Notes: a model not told the origin generated them from the letters alone. Shown: positions 1 through 12,249, counted from the first letter of the stretch. The stretch is DNA of 64,000 nucleotides from Eledone cirrhosa (GCA_964016885.1 OZ024762.1:11718001-11782000); one strand, 5' to 3'. Translations and numbers: made by a program.

Positions 1-703
1 TATATATATATATAACGTGAAAGGACAGAGTGGGCAAAAACAGTTTAAGCATGAGTTTGAAATTGCAAAAACAAAAACGAGGTGTAAAAAAAAATATTAT
101 ATATACATAAAAATTATATATACATAAAAATATATAAACAACGTATGTCACATGGAAATATTTACACTTACTAGAAAGAAAAGGGGTCTGATGTTTACTG
201 TGGGACCCTTTGACATTTTATAAAAGTAGAATAAGAAAAAAATAGGGATGATACTGAGTTGATGAGCAGATGTGGTTTGATTGGTTCACACTACACACAT
301 ATAGTGGACATGTATGTATATGTATATATTGCATGTATTTGCTTTATTAAATAATATATTTATTTGAATAGTATTGTTATTGTAAATAGTAAAACACATT
401 CTTTTTCTCTCTTTTTTTTTGCTATTTTATTTATTTTCATTTTTTTTTTTTTTCATTTTCTTTTGGCCAGCTGCTGCTTAGTTGTGGAAAAGACCCAGTC
501 CATATATAAATATATATATATATAAGCATGTGTATATAGATATATATACACACATATATATATATACATATATACATATACATGTATATATATATATACA
601 TATATTTATATATATATATAAATATATGTATATGTATATATATATATGAATGTGTGTGTATATATATACACATACATTCATATATATATTTATATATACA
701 TAC

Positions 704-735
<32 letters not shown>

Positions 736-1226
736 CATTTATGCCTGAGCTCCCATCATTGTTGTTGTTGTTATTATTATTATCAAGGATGTTAGCTCAG
801 GTCAACTTTGCCTTTCATCCTTACGGGGGTCGATAAAATAAAGTACCAGTAATACACTGGGGTAATTGCTGGCCTTGTGCCAAAAGTAGAAACAGTTATT
901 ATCAAGGATGTTGAGTTGGCAGAAATGACCTGGGATGCCTCCTATCTAGATTGCAACTTCAACTTCTCTCGCTCTGGTGCCATTAGGACAGGCATGACCA
1001 CCACAACATCAATCTTTTGCTACAAATACTACCATTTAATGCTATCACTACTACTGTTGTTTCGAGTCTCACCAATAGACAGACTCATTAGTTAATGGGA
1101 TGAAATACCTTGCAGTATTTGTTCTTCAGGAAGTGAGTGGTTGTTGGGGTGAAATAAAATACCAGCTATCTACTGAGGTCAATTTAATCAATTTACCCCT
1201 TCCTCTGAAAAATTGCTGGTCTTACT

Positions 1227-1726
1227 TTAACCCTTTAGCATTTACATTATTTTATATATGTTGTTATATTTTCGCAGTAAAGGCTTTATTTCACATAATT
1301 ATCACATAATATCGAATCTACAAGATTTTGATATTATTTAGTTTGAGAACAATACCTTAACATAAGTATGAGTGGCCTGTTGTGGCCAGTTTGAACAGAG
1401 AGAGGTGAGAGAATTATGGCCGAATATCTATCTATCTATCTATCTATCTAGGGCAGGTAAAATTCCCGAGATCCATGGACGATTTCTCTCCAGCGGTCTC
1501 TGACCCTCATTATCGCTGCCATGTCCTGCGACTCCAACAGACCAGTGTCTGTCCTTAGGGCATCAACATATGATAACCTCGGTCTCCCTCTTCCAGTATG
1601 TCCATGCAGGGGCTCCCACAGGAGCACTGAGTGCAGTGTCAACTCTGGATGTCGGTGAGCATGTCCAGCTAACCTCAGTCTCCTCTGTGTGGCCGGATAT
1701 AACTGGTTTAAATGCTAAAGGGTTAA
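1227..1726 (+). mobile_element. piggyBac-like MITE carrying a nested LINE fragment
   Basis: TTAA|CCCTTTAGCATTT ... AAATGCTAAAGGG|TTAA termini. Confidence 0.8.
1428..1689 (-). mobile_element. 5'-truncated non-LTR retrotransposon (RTE-like 3' end) with (TAGA)n tail
   Basis: Minus strand reads RLRLAGHAHRHPE...LLWEP..GRGRPRLSYVD. TSD-like repeats tggccgaatat (1417-1427) and tggccggatat (1690-1700). Confidence 0.75.
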
Positions 1727-2361
1727 ATTAGAAATCATTATTTAATGTTAGAAAGAGTTATTATTAGTAGTATTATTATTAGGCTGAATCAGTAGAGCAT
1801 CGGACAATATGCTTTGTAATATATAGTTACAGTTCTTTATGTTCTGAGTCTAAATCCCACCAAGGTTAGCTTTGCCTTTCATCCTTACGGGGTCGATAAA
1901 ATAAAATACCAGTAATGAACTGGGATCGATTTAATTGACTTCCCCTCCCCCAAATTGCTGGCCTTGTGCCTATAGTAGAAATCCTTATTAGTATGGACCT
2001 TCATGATCAGAGTTCAAATTCCACTGAGGTTAGCTTTGCCTTTCATCCTTACGGGGTCGATAAAATAAAGTACCAGTAATACACTGGGGTTGATTTAATC
2101 GACTTTCCCCTATCTGTTTCTCTTCAAATTGCTGGCCTTGTGCTAAAAGTAGAAACAATTATTAGTAGTTGTAGTGGACACATGCAGCTTAGTTTAGTTT
2201 AGTTTTTTTTTTTTTATTATTTCTACATACTACAGTATATAAATTACTGAACAATGGACAATTCCTGTGGTACCTTGTCCCTCTACCACTCACACAACAC
2301 TCATCTACCTATCCACACTTCAACCACAGCCCTAACCTAACCTCCGGAATAAAGGACTGTT

Positions 2362-2808
2362 TTAACTCTTAACGTCCAGTACGAAAGAGGTTAACTTTAC
2401 CTTTCATCCTTACAGGGTCGATAAAATAAAGTACCAGTAATGCACTGGGATAATTGCAGGCCATGTGCCAAAAGTAGAAACTATTATTAAAAGATGCTTG
2501 TAAAGTACAAAACAGCACTATGACTGTCATATTAAAAATGAAACTGTTTCAACTAATACTGTAAAATTTCACAGCAATCTGTCCACTACTAAAGATACTA
2601 TAAACATTTGAATTAACAAACTATATGAAACCACATTAGCAAGAGATTCTGAAAAAGTATGGCTACATCACATTAAAACTGAAGTCTTTACTCTAATACT
2701 GGACATTTTGCACAATGATCGGTTCACAAGTAAAGATATAAATATTTGAATTGACAAACCTGTTTTTAGGTATTTTCTGCTAAATCATTCGAGGATGTGA
2801 AAAGTTAA
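2362..2808 (-). mobile_element. Second TTAA-flanked non-autonomous DNA element, copy 1
   Basis: Imperfect TIRs TTAACTCTTAACGTCC...GGATGTGAAAAGTTAA; homologous, inverted, to 30382-30989. Confidence 0.6.
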
Positions 2809-4854
2809 GCTACTAGAATCAATTCTGGCTTCCATGTCTGAGTTTTGTATATTTATATGACCCATCCCTTGAATTAAAGCACACACACACACGTGCGTTG
2901 AAGCTCTGTCAGTCCAGCGACGAGTATTCCCGTTTGTCCAAAAGAACAACCTAATCGTTAAATTAACATGCAAATGTACCCTTAACGAAATTCTCAGGAA
3001 GATTCAGCGAGACACAGTGTATGTCTGTCACCCTTTGAATTATAGGTACAACTCATTTTTTTTTATTTTCCCCGCTGAGTAGGACTGAAGCAACGTGAAA
3101 TAAAGTGTCTTGCTTAAGGGGACGATGTAATGTTGGGAATCAAACGCACACCCTTACAATTATGAGCCAAACAACCTAACCACTAAGCCACACGCTTACA
3201 CACACAGAGAGACAGAAATACACACACACACTCTTGACCAACTGCTGACTCATGTTCATCAAAAAGATTCAACATTCTTAAGACAAAGGAAGGAAGACTG
3301 CAGTCATAGTTATAAAATTATTTGAATACTGAAGAAGAAAAAATGAACTAACGCAACAGAAATTTTTTTAAATCAAAAATTTTAAATAAAAGCAATCAGA
3401 GATATGAAATTAAATAATAAATAAAAATAATTTGTTTCTTTCTTTATTTCAAAATTATAAAATTCAAATCGCTTCATTGTTAACATGTGTATGTTCAGGT
3501 CCCAAATAATAGGTGGGGAGGGTGGAAATTCGACAATTTTTCATGATTGACTCCCTGGATTTATTTTAAACATCAAAATTTCGCCCAGGATAGATGAGCA
3601 AATTTAATAAGGGGGGGGGGGGCATTATTCTGTACAGAGTTATTCCCCCTTATAAGATTTTTTTAAAAAAATTAGCAAGGTGTATAGCTATTGCTGGGTT
3701 GACGAGAATACTATGGTGAATAAAATGTTTTTTCTCTTCTGTTAAAGGTATTAATAATTAGCCACAAGATGGTGGACTGGCAGTAATCGGTAGAGCGTTG
3801 GACAACATACTTTATGGCATAGAACTACTGTTCCTTACACCAATGCAGTCTAATGTGTAAATCAGCAGTTAGACTAAAATACCATTTAAGGCATAACCAT
3901 AAAAAAATGATTGAACTGAGAAAATTGTTGAACCCTCATACGTGGATATACAACGAGAGAGTCCTTCATGTATGTATGTGTGTGTGAATATCTGTATGTA
4001 CATATGTAACGGGAAGTTTGTGAGTTCAGTTCTTACTGTAGTAGAAGAGTGAATGATGATTTGTATTGGTTGCAGATGGCCGTGACAGTTAACCAATGTG
4101 TATATCTGGAAAGCGAAAGTGTTTGATATCGTGGGTAAAGTGATTTCCCCCGATCATACTGCCAGTGTTATAGAAGAACGAACGATCCCATAACGGAAAC
4201 ACTTAGATTAACATTTGTTACAGTCAAAAGGCATGAACAACAAACAAGGAAAAACTGTGCGTGAGATATGTTTGGGTATTAGGAAGAAATCGTGTGTGCA
4301 GCGATACAAGGTAACTTGCCTTATAGAAGTGGCTGGCTGTTATTTTTTGTGGTTCTGCCCATGGGCAGACACGGGGTGTATTTTTGCCAAGGACTACATC
4401 TTACTAGTGGTTTGATGGGTAGACAAAAAATGCGTCTCCAGCCGGAGACCAGAGCAAAACTCTGCCATGTTTATCGTAGGAAAGCTCCCGTTCACCTTCA
4501 TTGAGAACTTGTTTTGTCTTCACCCTCAGACCACTGGCGTCACAAGGAGCTAACCTTTAAAAAAAATGACCATTAAATGACACCCGGGGGGGTCATGTGG
4601 ATAGGTTTCTCTTAATATATTTGAATTTCAACGAAGTCATAATTGCAGACACTTGATTGTTGATAAGGCACAGTTATTGATGTTTAATGATGATGGTACA
4701 CAAATACAGAACTACATACACACAGAGAAAGAGAGGTAGATAGAAAGAATTTAAATATGCCATGTAATTGTAGATAAGATAAACATTTAAACAATTTTAT
4801 TTCTTCTAACGATAACTACGAACCACCGCTTCAAATCTACCACCATGAACTTAT

Positions 4855-5200
4855 TCCTGAGAGGGTCGTGGGCAGAGCCCTCAAGCACGCCTTCCAACGG
4901 GTCCTGTCAAAAGCATCCGTCTCCAACTGATCCTGGTGAATCTCCAAGCGAGACCAGCTGAGCTCATGGATGTTATCCAACCATCTTGCACGGAATCTAC
5001 CCCTGAGTCACCTGTCAGTTGATTTAGCCGGTAAAATCTGTCCAGTGATTCTTTCATTAGTTTATAATAATTATTAGTGAAACCAGCTGAGCTCATGGAT
5101 GTAATCCAACCATCTTACTCGGGGTCTACCCCTAAGTCACCTGTCAGTTGGTTTTATCGATAAAATCTGTCCAGTGATTCTTTCATTAGTTTATAATAAT
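4855..5200 (-). mobile_element. RTE LINE 3' end fragment with internal duplication
   Basis: Reverse complement of the 43500-43660 LINE end (caagatggttggataacatccatgagc), present twice. Confidence 0.65.
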
Positions 5201-5786
5201 TATTATGTACCAGTAATGTACTGGCTAATTGCTGGCCTTGTGCCAAAAGTTGAAACAATTATTATAAACTGAATGAAAAATAATGGTATTACAAGCAATA
5301 GTCAGGATCAGGGGAAGAGGTGAATTGACAGAATCGGTAGAATATCGAATAAATTGCCTGCAATTTATAGCTACGGCTATTTATGTTCTGAGTTCAAATC
5401 CTACTGCTGGGCGTGCTGGATGGACAGCAAATTGATTGACAGATAGACAGACAGACAGTTTGCAGGATAAGAGAAAGACGAGAGAAAGAGAGACAGACAG
5501 ATAGTAAGAGAGAGTATAGTAAACGGACAGAGGGAGAGACAGTAAAAGAGAGAGGGCAGAGATAATAAAAGAGAGGGAGAGGCAGAAACAGTAAACAGAT
5601 AGAGAGAGTGAGAGTTTATCTATTCAAGGGAGATAAATCATAAATCTAAATATCAAGTTCAGTTGTTTCAATTATGACAGACAACCGTTGACAAGACCTG
5701 GACTCCTTTTTTATATTCTAACAAATAATCGTTAAGTTAGGAAAAGTTTATTTTCCCCCGCATTACCACTGATAACAATAATAACA

Positions 5787-5930
5787 ATGTCAGGCTCGAG
5801 CGAAGAGGATGAAAGCCAGCTTCCCAGTGGAGCTGAATGTAAAAAGAGATGTGATGAGTTTGTCCAGTTAACCGGGACCGATTCTGCGCTTGCTATGTTT
5901 TATTTACAGAACTGTTCTTGGGATTTACAA
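5787..5930 (+). CDS. TDP2: Tyrosyl-DNA phosphodiesterase 2, coding exon 1 (UBA-like N-terminus)
   Basis: ATG at 5787 reads MSGSSEEDESQLPSGAECKKRCDEFVQLTGTDSALAMFYLQNCSWDLQ, then donor CAA|gtaagt (phase 0). Matches the TDP2 N-terminal UBA-like pattern. Not in the ORF track (<60 aa). Confidence 0.9.
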
Positions 5931-6119
5931 GTAAGTTAGTGACATATATTTATATCACTTTGCCCGTCATCCTTACGGGGACGATAAAATAAAGTACCAG
6001 TAATGTATTGGATATTTGTTGGCCTTGTGCCAAAAATAGAAACAATTATATATTTATATATATATATATATATATATTATTCAAAATATCAATAAATGGA
6101 TACATTCACATAATCAAAA

Positions 6120-6192
6120 TATGTTTTATTATATATATTTCGGAGGTACTGTGCTGTTTTTTTCAGTACGTCCTCATCAGATAAAATACATA
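6120..6192 (-). ncRNA. Minimal type I hammerhead ribozyme (Penelope-type)
   Basis: UUUUAU-CUGAUGA-GGAcGUACUG/CAGUACcUCC-GAAA-UAUAUA-UA-AUAAAA. Confidence 0.8.
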
Positions 6193-7079
6193 AATTGATG
6201 TATGACATACCTCAACTGTGCTGATGGTTCAATTCCAGTCTTGGCAGTATATATATATATATATATATATATATCCAAAATTAAATTAAGGGTGTCATAT
6301 CTATTATTGTGACATATTTTAAGACCACAGAAAAATTTCCGGTAAATTCCGTAAATGAAAAAAAATGTCAATTTTAAAATTAAATTAAAAGAAAGAAAAA
6401 TGATTTTATTATAAACATAATCGAGATCTACATTTCGAAATTGTATCTTTGTTCAAAATAATACAATTATTAAAAAATTCGTGAGGAAAAATCTAGTAGG
6501 GGACACTTTATATGTATGTTTTGCAGAGATATATTTTCGAATGTTTAGATTACGAGTAGGTTTATTATAATTTTTATTGATGTTGTTGCTGTTGCTGTTA
6601 TTTTCAGTCAAGGAAATTACTGTTGATATTGTTTACAAAATAAAATTCGAGAATCCGAAAAGCCATCGGTGAAGTTTGTTATTAAAATGCGAAAGGCTGT
6701 AGAGACCCACGTGTGTTGGTTATTTAACTGACCAGTGAATTTTGAATGACAAATACTTATACATGGTCGTTAGAATTTATTTGAAATCATGTTTTAGCTA
6801 ATCACAAAAGCACTGCTAATCATTATCACACGGGAATTTTATTTTAAACATTTTTCTTTTACTAATATATACATTTACATAAATCTTTCTGAATTCTCTC
6901 TCTCACACAAAAAAAAAAAGGTATGGTTAAGGGTTAAAAAGGAAAAAGTGTTCAAAGTCCGTAATAGGTTATGAAGAGTGTAAAGAATGAAAGTGGTCGG
7001 TTTGAGTGTAAAAAAAAAAAAGGCGGGGGATATAATTATAATAAATAAGTAGGTGTTTATTGTGTGTGTTGGTTGTAGT

Positions 7080-7358
7080 TAAATGTGTTTTCACGCTTAG
7101 AGTTGCTGAAGCTTTGAACAAACTGCCTGCATCAGTTGTTAGCTGCCGAGACACTGCATCCTTTAAAACCCTCATGCTTCCCGAAATTCGCCAAAACTAC
7201 ACCTGATGTACCCCTTCCATACACATGCACACATGTGTATATCATGACTCATGCACTGTTCACTTCCCTGACGTTTGTACATTACCCTATGTACTATACA
7301 TACACTTTGATGAGTTGTAGTGCACCTGAGCACTGTACACAATATTTTCATTATTATA
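7080..7358 (+). mobile_element. CR1/L2-like LINE 3' end
   Basis: FTLRVAEALNKLPASVVSCRDTASFK and an (ATT)n tail. Other copies near 45880-46290 (-), 51720-52096 and 55815-56290. Confidence 0.65.
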
Positions 7359-8033
7359 AAGAGATCAGGGTAGTGAGTGAAAGAGTTAATTCGTAAGATG
7401 ACACTACACAGGTGGTAAGAATGCCATCTTACTCCCTCCCCTATGTTCTACAGCGCATCTCTCTTTACCATCCTCCGGGGAAACACACCTTCTCCATTCT
7501 GTCCGCCGGGGCTGTGGGGAGGCCATCAATATGATTACTTAACCCTTTCGTTACCATATTCCTGTTCTATATACTATTTAACAGAGACGGTAAGTTACCA
7601 TCAAAGATGATAAAAAGCTGTGAATGCTATGTCTATCATTATCAAAACACACAATGTATTTACATTTTCTTTAATATTGTAGCATTGAAGGAATATATCT
7701 TTCATTGTATCATCCTTTGTAGTGTTACCGAGGCATGTGTAATGTTATTTATGTTTATATTTAAAACATTTGTTATGTTATTCTACTATTAACTATGACA
7801 CGTTTAAAATTCTTCAGCTATAAATAATAAAATAATTTTAAAAAAATAAAGTGACATTTTAGTTCTACAGGCAAGTTCAGCCACCCCACCCGCCGCGATG
7901 AAGGAATTTAACTATGTACGACATCCAAAAATCTTTGACCACTCCCTGTGACAGAAAAGAAAATTAAATTTTAGAATTGTTTTATATGATACTACTGCTA
8001 TGTTTTGATTCCATGCCGATATATGGACTGTAC

Positions 8034-8129
8034 CCCCCTTGATAAGTTCAGCTAGGTCCCTGCCGTCCTAACACTACTGGGTTAGTTCAGATCTAGCTGT
8101 CGAAACGGCTGGAGCCCAGCCGTCGGGGG
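8034..8129 (+). ncRNA. Type I hammerhead ribozyme, U3-A8 core variant (sense, TDP2 intron 1)
   Basis: CCCCC-UUGAUAA-G..CAGCUAG/CUAGCUG.C-GAAA-CGGCUGG agc CCAGCCG-UC-GGGGG. GUC cleavage site after 8124. Confidence 0.75.
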
Positions 8130-9096
8130 TCTCCCTGTATTAGTTTTGGAGGCAAGCCAACACTCGTAGAATTGCCACCAGTGATGGCGAGGCTGAGATG
8201 CTTGAATAACCAAGCACCCTCGCGGGCATCACCCGATGCCAGTTGAATATGTTATTATTGTTGAAACACATTTAGAACCACTAGCATTGTTCCCTAGTGC
8301 TACTCTCTTATTACCCTGGCCATTGCCACGTTTTATTTTACATTTGTTTAAATCCATTTACAGTAATTTTCTTTTATCATTATCAAACATGTATCCATAG
8401 TGCACCTGAGCACTGTACACAATAATTTCATTATTATTGTTATTATTATTGTGGCTGGATGGTTAGAGAATTGGATTCACAATCTTGAGGTTGTGAGTTC
8501 GATTCCTGGACCGGGCGATGCGTTATGTTCTTGAGCAAGACACTTTATTTCACGTTGCTCCTTCTACCTGGAGTTGCGACCGATAGATAGTACTAGCAAC
8601 TGGAAAGACCGACGGAAACATTGTTTCCTCGGTCCGATTTGACGAAAGTCGATCGATATATATATTATTATTTAAATTATGATGGATTGGCAGTATCGGT
8701 AGAGGGTCGGACTTCATGCTTTGCAACGTAGAGTTACGGCCTTTTAAAACAAAGACAGTGTCTTTCATTAGAAATATAGTAATGAGAGGGTTATCTGAAC
8801 CCATCATAATTTTATGTAAAAATGTTATGTGTGTATGTGGTGGGTTACTTGCTCATGTGTCTGCATGTATGATGTGTTACTCAGTCGTGTGTGTATGGTA
8901 GGCTGTTCAGTCATATATGTGTGTGTGTGGTGGGTTACTCAGCCATGTGTGTGATTGTGTATGGATGAAATACTCAGTCATATATGTATGTGTGTGTGGC
9001 AGTGTATTCAGTCATACATATGTGAGTATGTAGTGTGGCAACCTTATATGCGGCCAGCTAAACCTGCTTAAGTGTGAGCTTTTTTTCTTTCTTTCT

Positions 9097-10215
9097 TTAA
9101 CCCTTTACCGTTCACATTACTCTATATATACTATTATATTTTCACAGTAAACGCTTTACCTCACATATCTCACATAACATTTACATTACTCTATATATAT
9201 ACTATTATATTTTCACAGTAAAGGCTTTACCTCCCATAATATCTCGCATAACATTTACATTACTTTATATATACTGTTATATTTTCACAGTAAAGGCTTT
9301 ACCTCACATAACATCTCATAACATTTACATTACTCTATATAAACTATTATATTTTCACAGTAAAGGCTTTATCTCACATAATATCTCACATAACATTTAC
9401 ATTACTCTATATATACTATTATATTTTCACAGTAAAGGCTTTACCTCACATAATATCTCACATAACATTTACATTACTTTATATATACTGTTATATTTTC
9501 ACAGTAAAGGCTTTACCTCACATAACATCTCATAACATTTACATTACTCTATATAAACTATTATATTTTCACAGTAAAGGCTTTATCTCACATAATATCT
9601 CACATAACATTTACATTACTCTATATATACTATTATATTTTCACAGTAAAGGCTTTACCTCACATAATATCTCACATAACATTTACATTACTCTATATAT
9701 ACTATTATATTTTCACAGTAAAGGCTTTACCTCATATAACATTTACATTACTCTATATATACTATTATATTTTCACAGTAAAGGCTTTACCTCTCATTAC
9801 ATTTACATTACTCTATATATACTATTATATTTTTACAGTAAACGCTTTACCTCACATAATATCTCGCATAACATTTACATTACTCTATATATACTATTGG
9901 ATTTTCACAGTGAAGTCTTTACCTCACATAACATTTACATTACTCTATATGTACTATTATATTTTTACAGTAAAGACTTTACCTCATATAATATCTCGCA
10001 TAACATTTACCTTACTCTATATTTACTATTATATTTTCACGGTAAAGGCTTTACCTCACAATTATCTCACATAATATCAAATCTATAAGATTTTGATATT
10101 TATTTTAAGAATAATACCTTAACTTCAGTATGAACGGCTGGTTACAGCCAGTTTGAACAAAAACAGATGAGAGAATTCTGGCTGGATACGGCTGGTTTAA
10201 ATGCTAAAGGGTTAA
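9097..10215 (+). mobile_element. piggyBac-like MITE with expanded internal 72/60-bp tandem array
   Basis: TTAA-CCCTTT...AAATGCTAAAGGG-TTAA enclosing repeats of ttacattactctatatatactattatattttcacagtaaaggctttacctcacataatatctcacataacat. Confidence 0.85.
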
Positions 10216-10279
10216 TCAATGTAAAAAATTTTAACTCTTAAATGTTTTACTCTTAATGGTTTCATCTCTCTCTCTGCAG

Positions 10280-10443
10280 TGTGCAGTAAACTTTTATTTT
10301 GAAAAGAACGGAGGTGAGAAGCCAGAAGCAGACAAAACTACTACAAGAAAGTCACTGAAACAGACTCGAGACAGAAGCATTTCAGATTCTTCATGTAGTA
10401 AACCGAAAAAGCGGCAAGCTTCTTTGGAACCTCAAGGTTTGCT
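10280..10443 (+). CDS. TDP2: TDP2 coding exon 2
   Basis: Acceptor tctctgcag| then CAVNFYFEKNGG..., completing the UBA helix. Donor CT|gtaagt (phase 2) fits the phase of exon 3. Confidence 0.85.
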
Positions 10444-10499
10444 GTAAGTTTTTTTTTTTAATAGAAGAACCTTGGGTCAGAAAAAATATTCTTAACGAA

Positions 10500-10870
10500 A
10501 GATTGACAATATGAATCCAGTGTGCGAAGTGTGATACCGCTTGGTCGTGAGACATGAGCAGTGAACGCAAAGGATGGAGAGAAAGGAAGCAAGCATGCTT
10601 TGATGGATGAACTATGAGAAAAACTGGGTATAAGAGGAATTAGATGTAGTGTGCAAGAAAAAAGATTGCAATGGTAGGGACATGTGATGTGTATGGAGGA
10701 TGATTTCTGGGTTAAGACTTGACAAGAATTTCAAGTGGAGGAAAGCGATAGTAGAGGAAGACCTGTACAGTGGTAGTGAGATTTGATCTCAAATCGTTGA
10801 GGCTGACAAAGGAGATGACGAAGGAGTGTGACGAGTGGAGAGGTGTGCTGAACAGAAAATATCTATTCCA
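10500..10870 (+). mobile_element. Degenerate RTE LINE fragment
   Basis: EKLGIRGIRCSVQEKRLQW*GHV...RGRP. A related copy lies near 62950-63430. Confidence 0.6.
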
Positions 10871-11191
10871 TACAAGTATAGAACAGCAGGCAAAATGATG
10901 TTATGGGGCCTGCAAAGCTTACCCCTGCTTCAGGAAAGACAATGGATGAATTCCTTGGTTGAGCAAACTTATGTTACAAAGGCTTTACAGGCATGCATAT
11001 TATTAATGGTAAAAACTGCAGTCTGTAGTTTGAGTAGATTTAGCTGCTATTTCTAGCACTAGGTTGTTTCTTGTGTAGTGTGCACAACTTCCATTATTCT
11101 CTACATCCAATATACCAAACTGTCATCGCCTTAGGTCAGTCCTTCAATGGTTTCTGAAATTTGGTAGACAGAAACTGTGTGAAAGACTCAC

Positions 11192-11226
<35 letters not shown>

Positions 11227-11236
11227 AACCAGTAAG

Positions 11237-11330
11237 ACCCCGACAGCTGAGCTCAAGCCGTTTCGACGGCTAATTCTGGACTAAATGAAAATTTATCCTG
11301 GTATTTAAATAGCCGATCTTCTCAAGGGGT
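11237..11330 (-). ncRNA. Type I hammerhead ribozyme, U3-A8 core variant (antisense, TDP2 intron 2)
   Basis: ACCCC-UUGAGAA-GA.CGGCUA/UAGCCGUC-GAAA-CGGCU..AGCUG-UC-GGGGU. Homologue of 8034-8129. Confidence 0.75.
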
Positions 11331-11869
11331 AATTCCATATATGGTCAAAGTGATTGTCAAAAATCAGTAGTAATTCTGTGGTTGCAAATTAGTAGGGGAG
11401 ATGGTGGCTAAACCTGCCAGTAGGAGAAAGAGGGGAGGGGGTGGAGTAGACCCAATCAAGCGTAGGTAGTGCCAGCTACAGCTGGGCATGAGGTCAAAGA
11501 AGATACAGGGGAGGGGGAGGGGGAGGAAGTCGGAACGGTAGGTAGAACAATGGGGGGTAGAGTATTGAGTACTTTGGTGCGTTATGGTCCACCTGGTTCC
11601 TTACCACATTTCCTTCGTTATATATATATATATATATATTAAGCAGTAATTCTTTGCTTTAACTTTAATCTGTTGTTTTAATAAATATATATATATATAT
11701 ATATAAACACACACATACACGCGCGCACGCACCTACATATATTTACTTATATATCTGTGTGGGTGTGTGGTAAACAAAACCTGGTTCATTAATTCAAACA
11801 GAAATACCTTGTGTTCGTATACAGGACTGAGTTACCTCCCCTGACATCATTTTCTGTCAGTGAGAGATA

Positions 11870-12245
11870 ACTTAGTATTTCGTATGTTAGGAGATAGAGA
11901 AAATATATACCTGACGAAATACTGCAGATCGATATTATTGACTAAAGGCATTGATTAAAACCAGTTAAGTAATATTGTGTGGCTAAATAACATCAAGTAG
12001 CTTGAGAATATCAGAAACGAAGGTCTGTAGTAGGGAATTGGACAGGAACCAGTGGAGCTGGATTGGACATACCCTCAGGAAACCAGCATCCAACACCACA
12101 CCAAGCCCTGACCTGGAACCCACAGGGTAAGAAGGGAGGTTGGCCTCACGGCAGCTGGAAGTGTGACACTGGCTGAATTAGGAAAACTGGAAGATGAGTA
12201 GAGTGGCGAGAGCAGACCAGGATTGTGTACGATGGCAGAGGGTCG
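11870..12245 (+). mobile_element. Degenerate RTE-like LINE 3' fragment
   Basis: WSWIGHTLRKP followed by a frameshifted ALTWNPQG.RGR-like segment. Confidence 0.55.
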
Positions 12246-12249
12246 TGTC

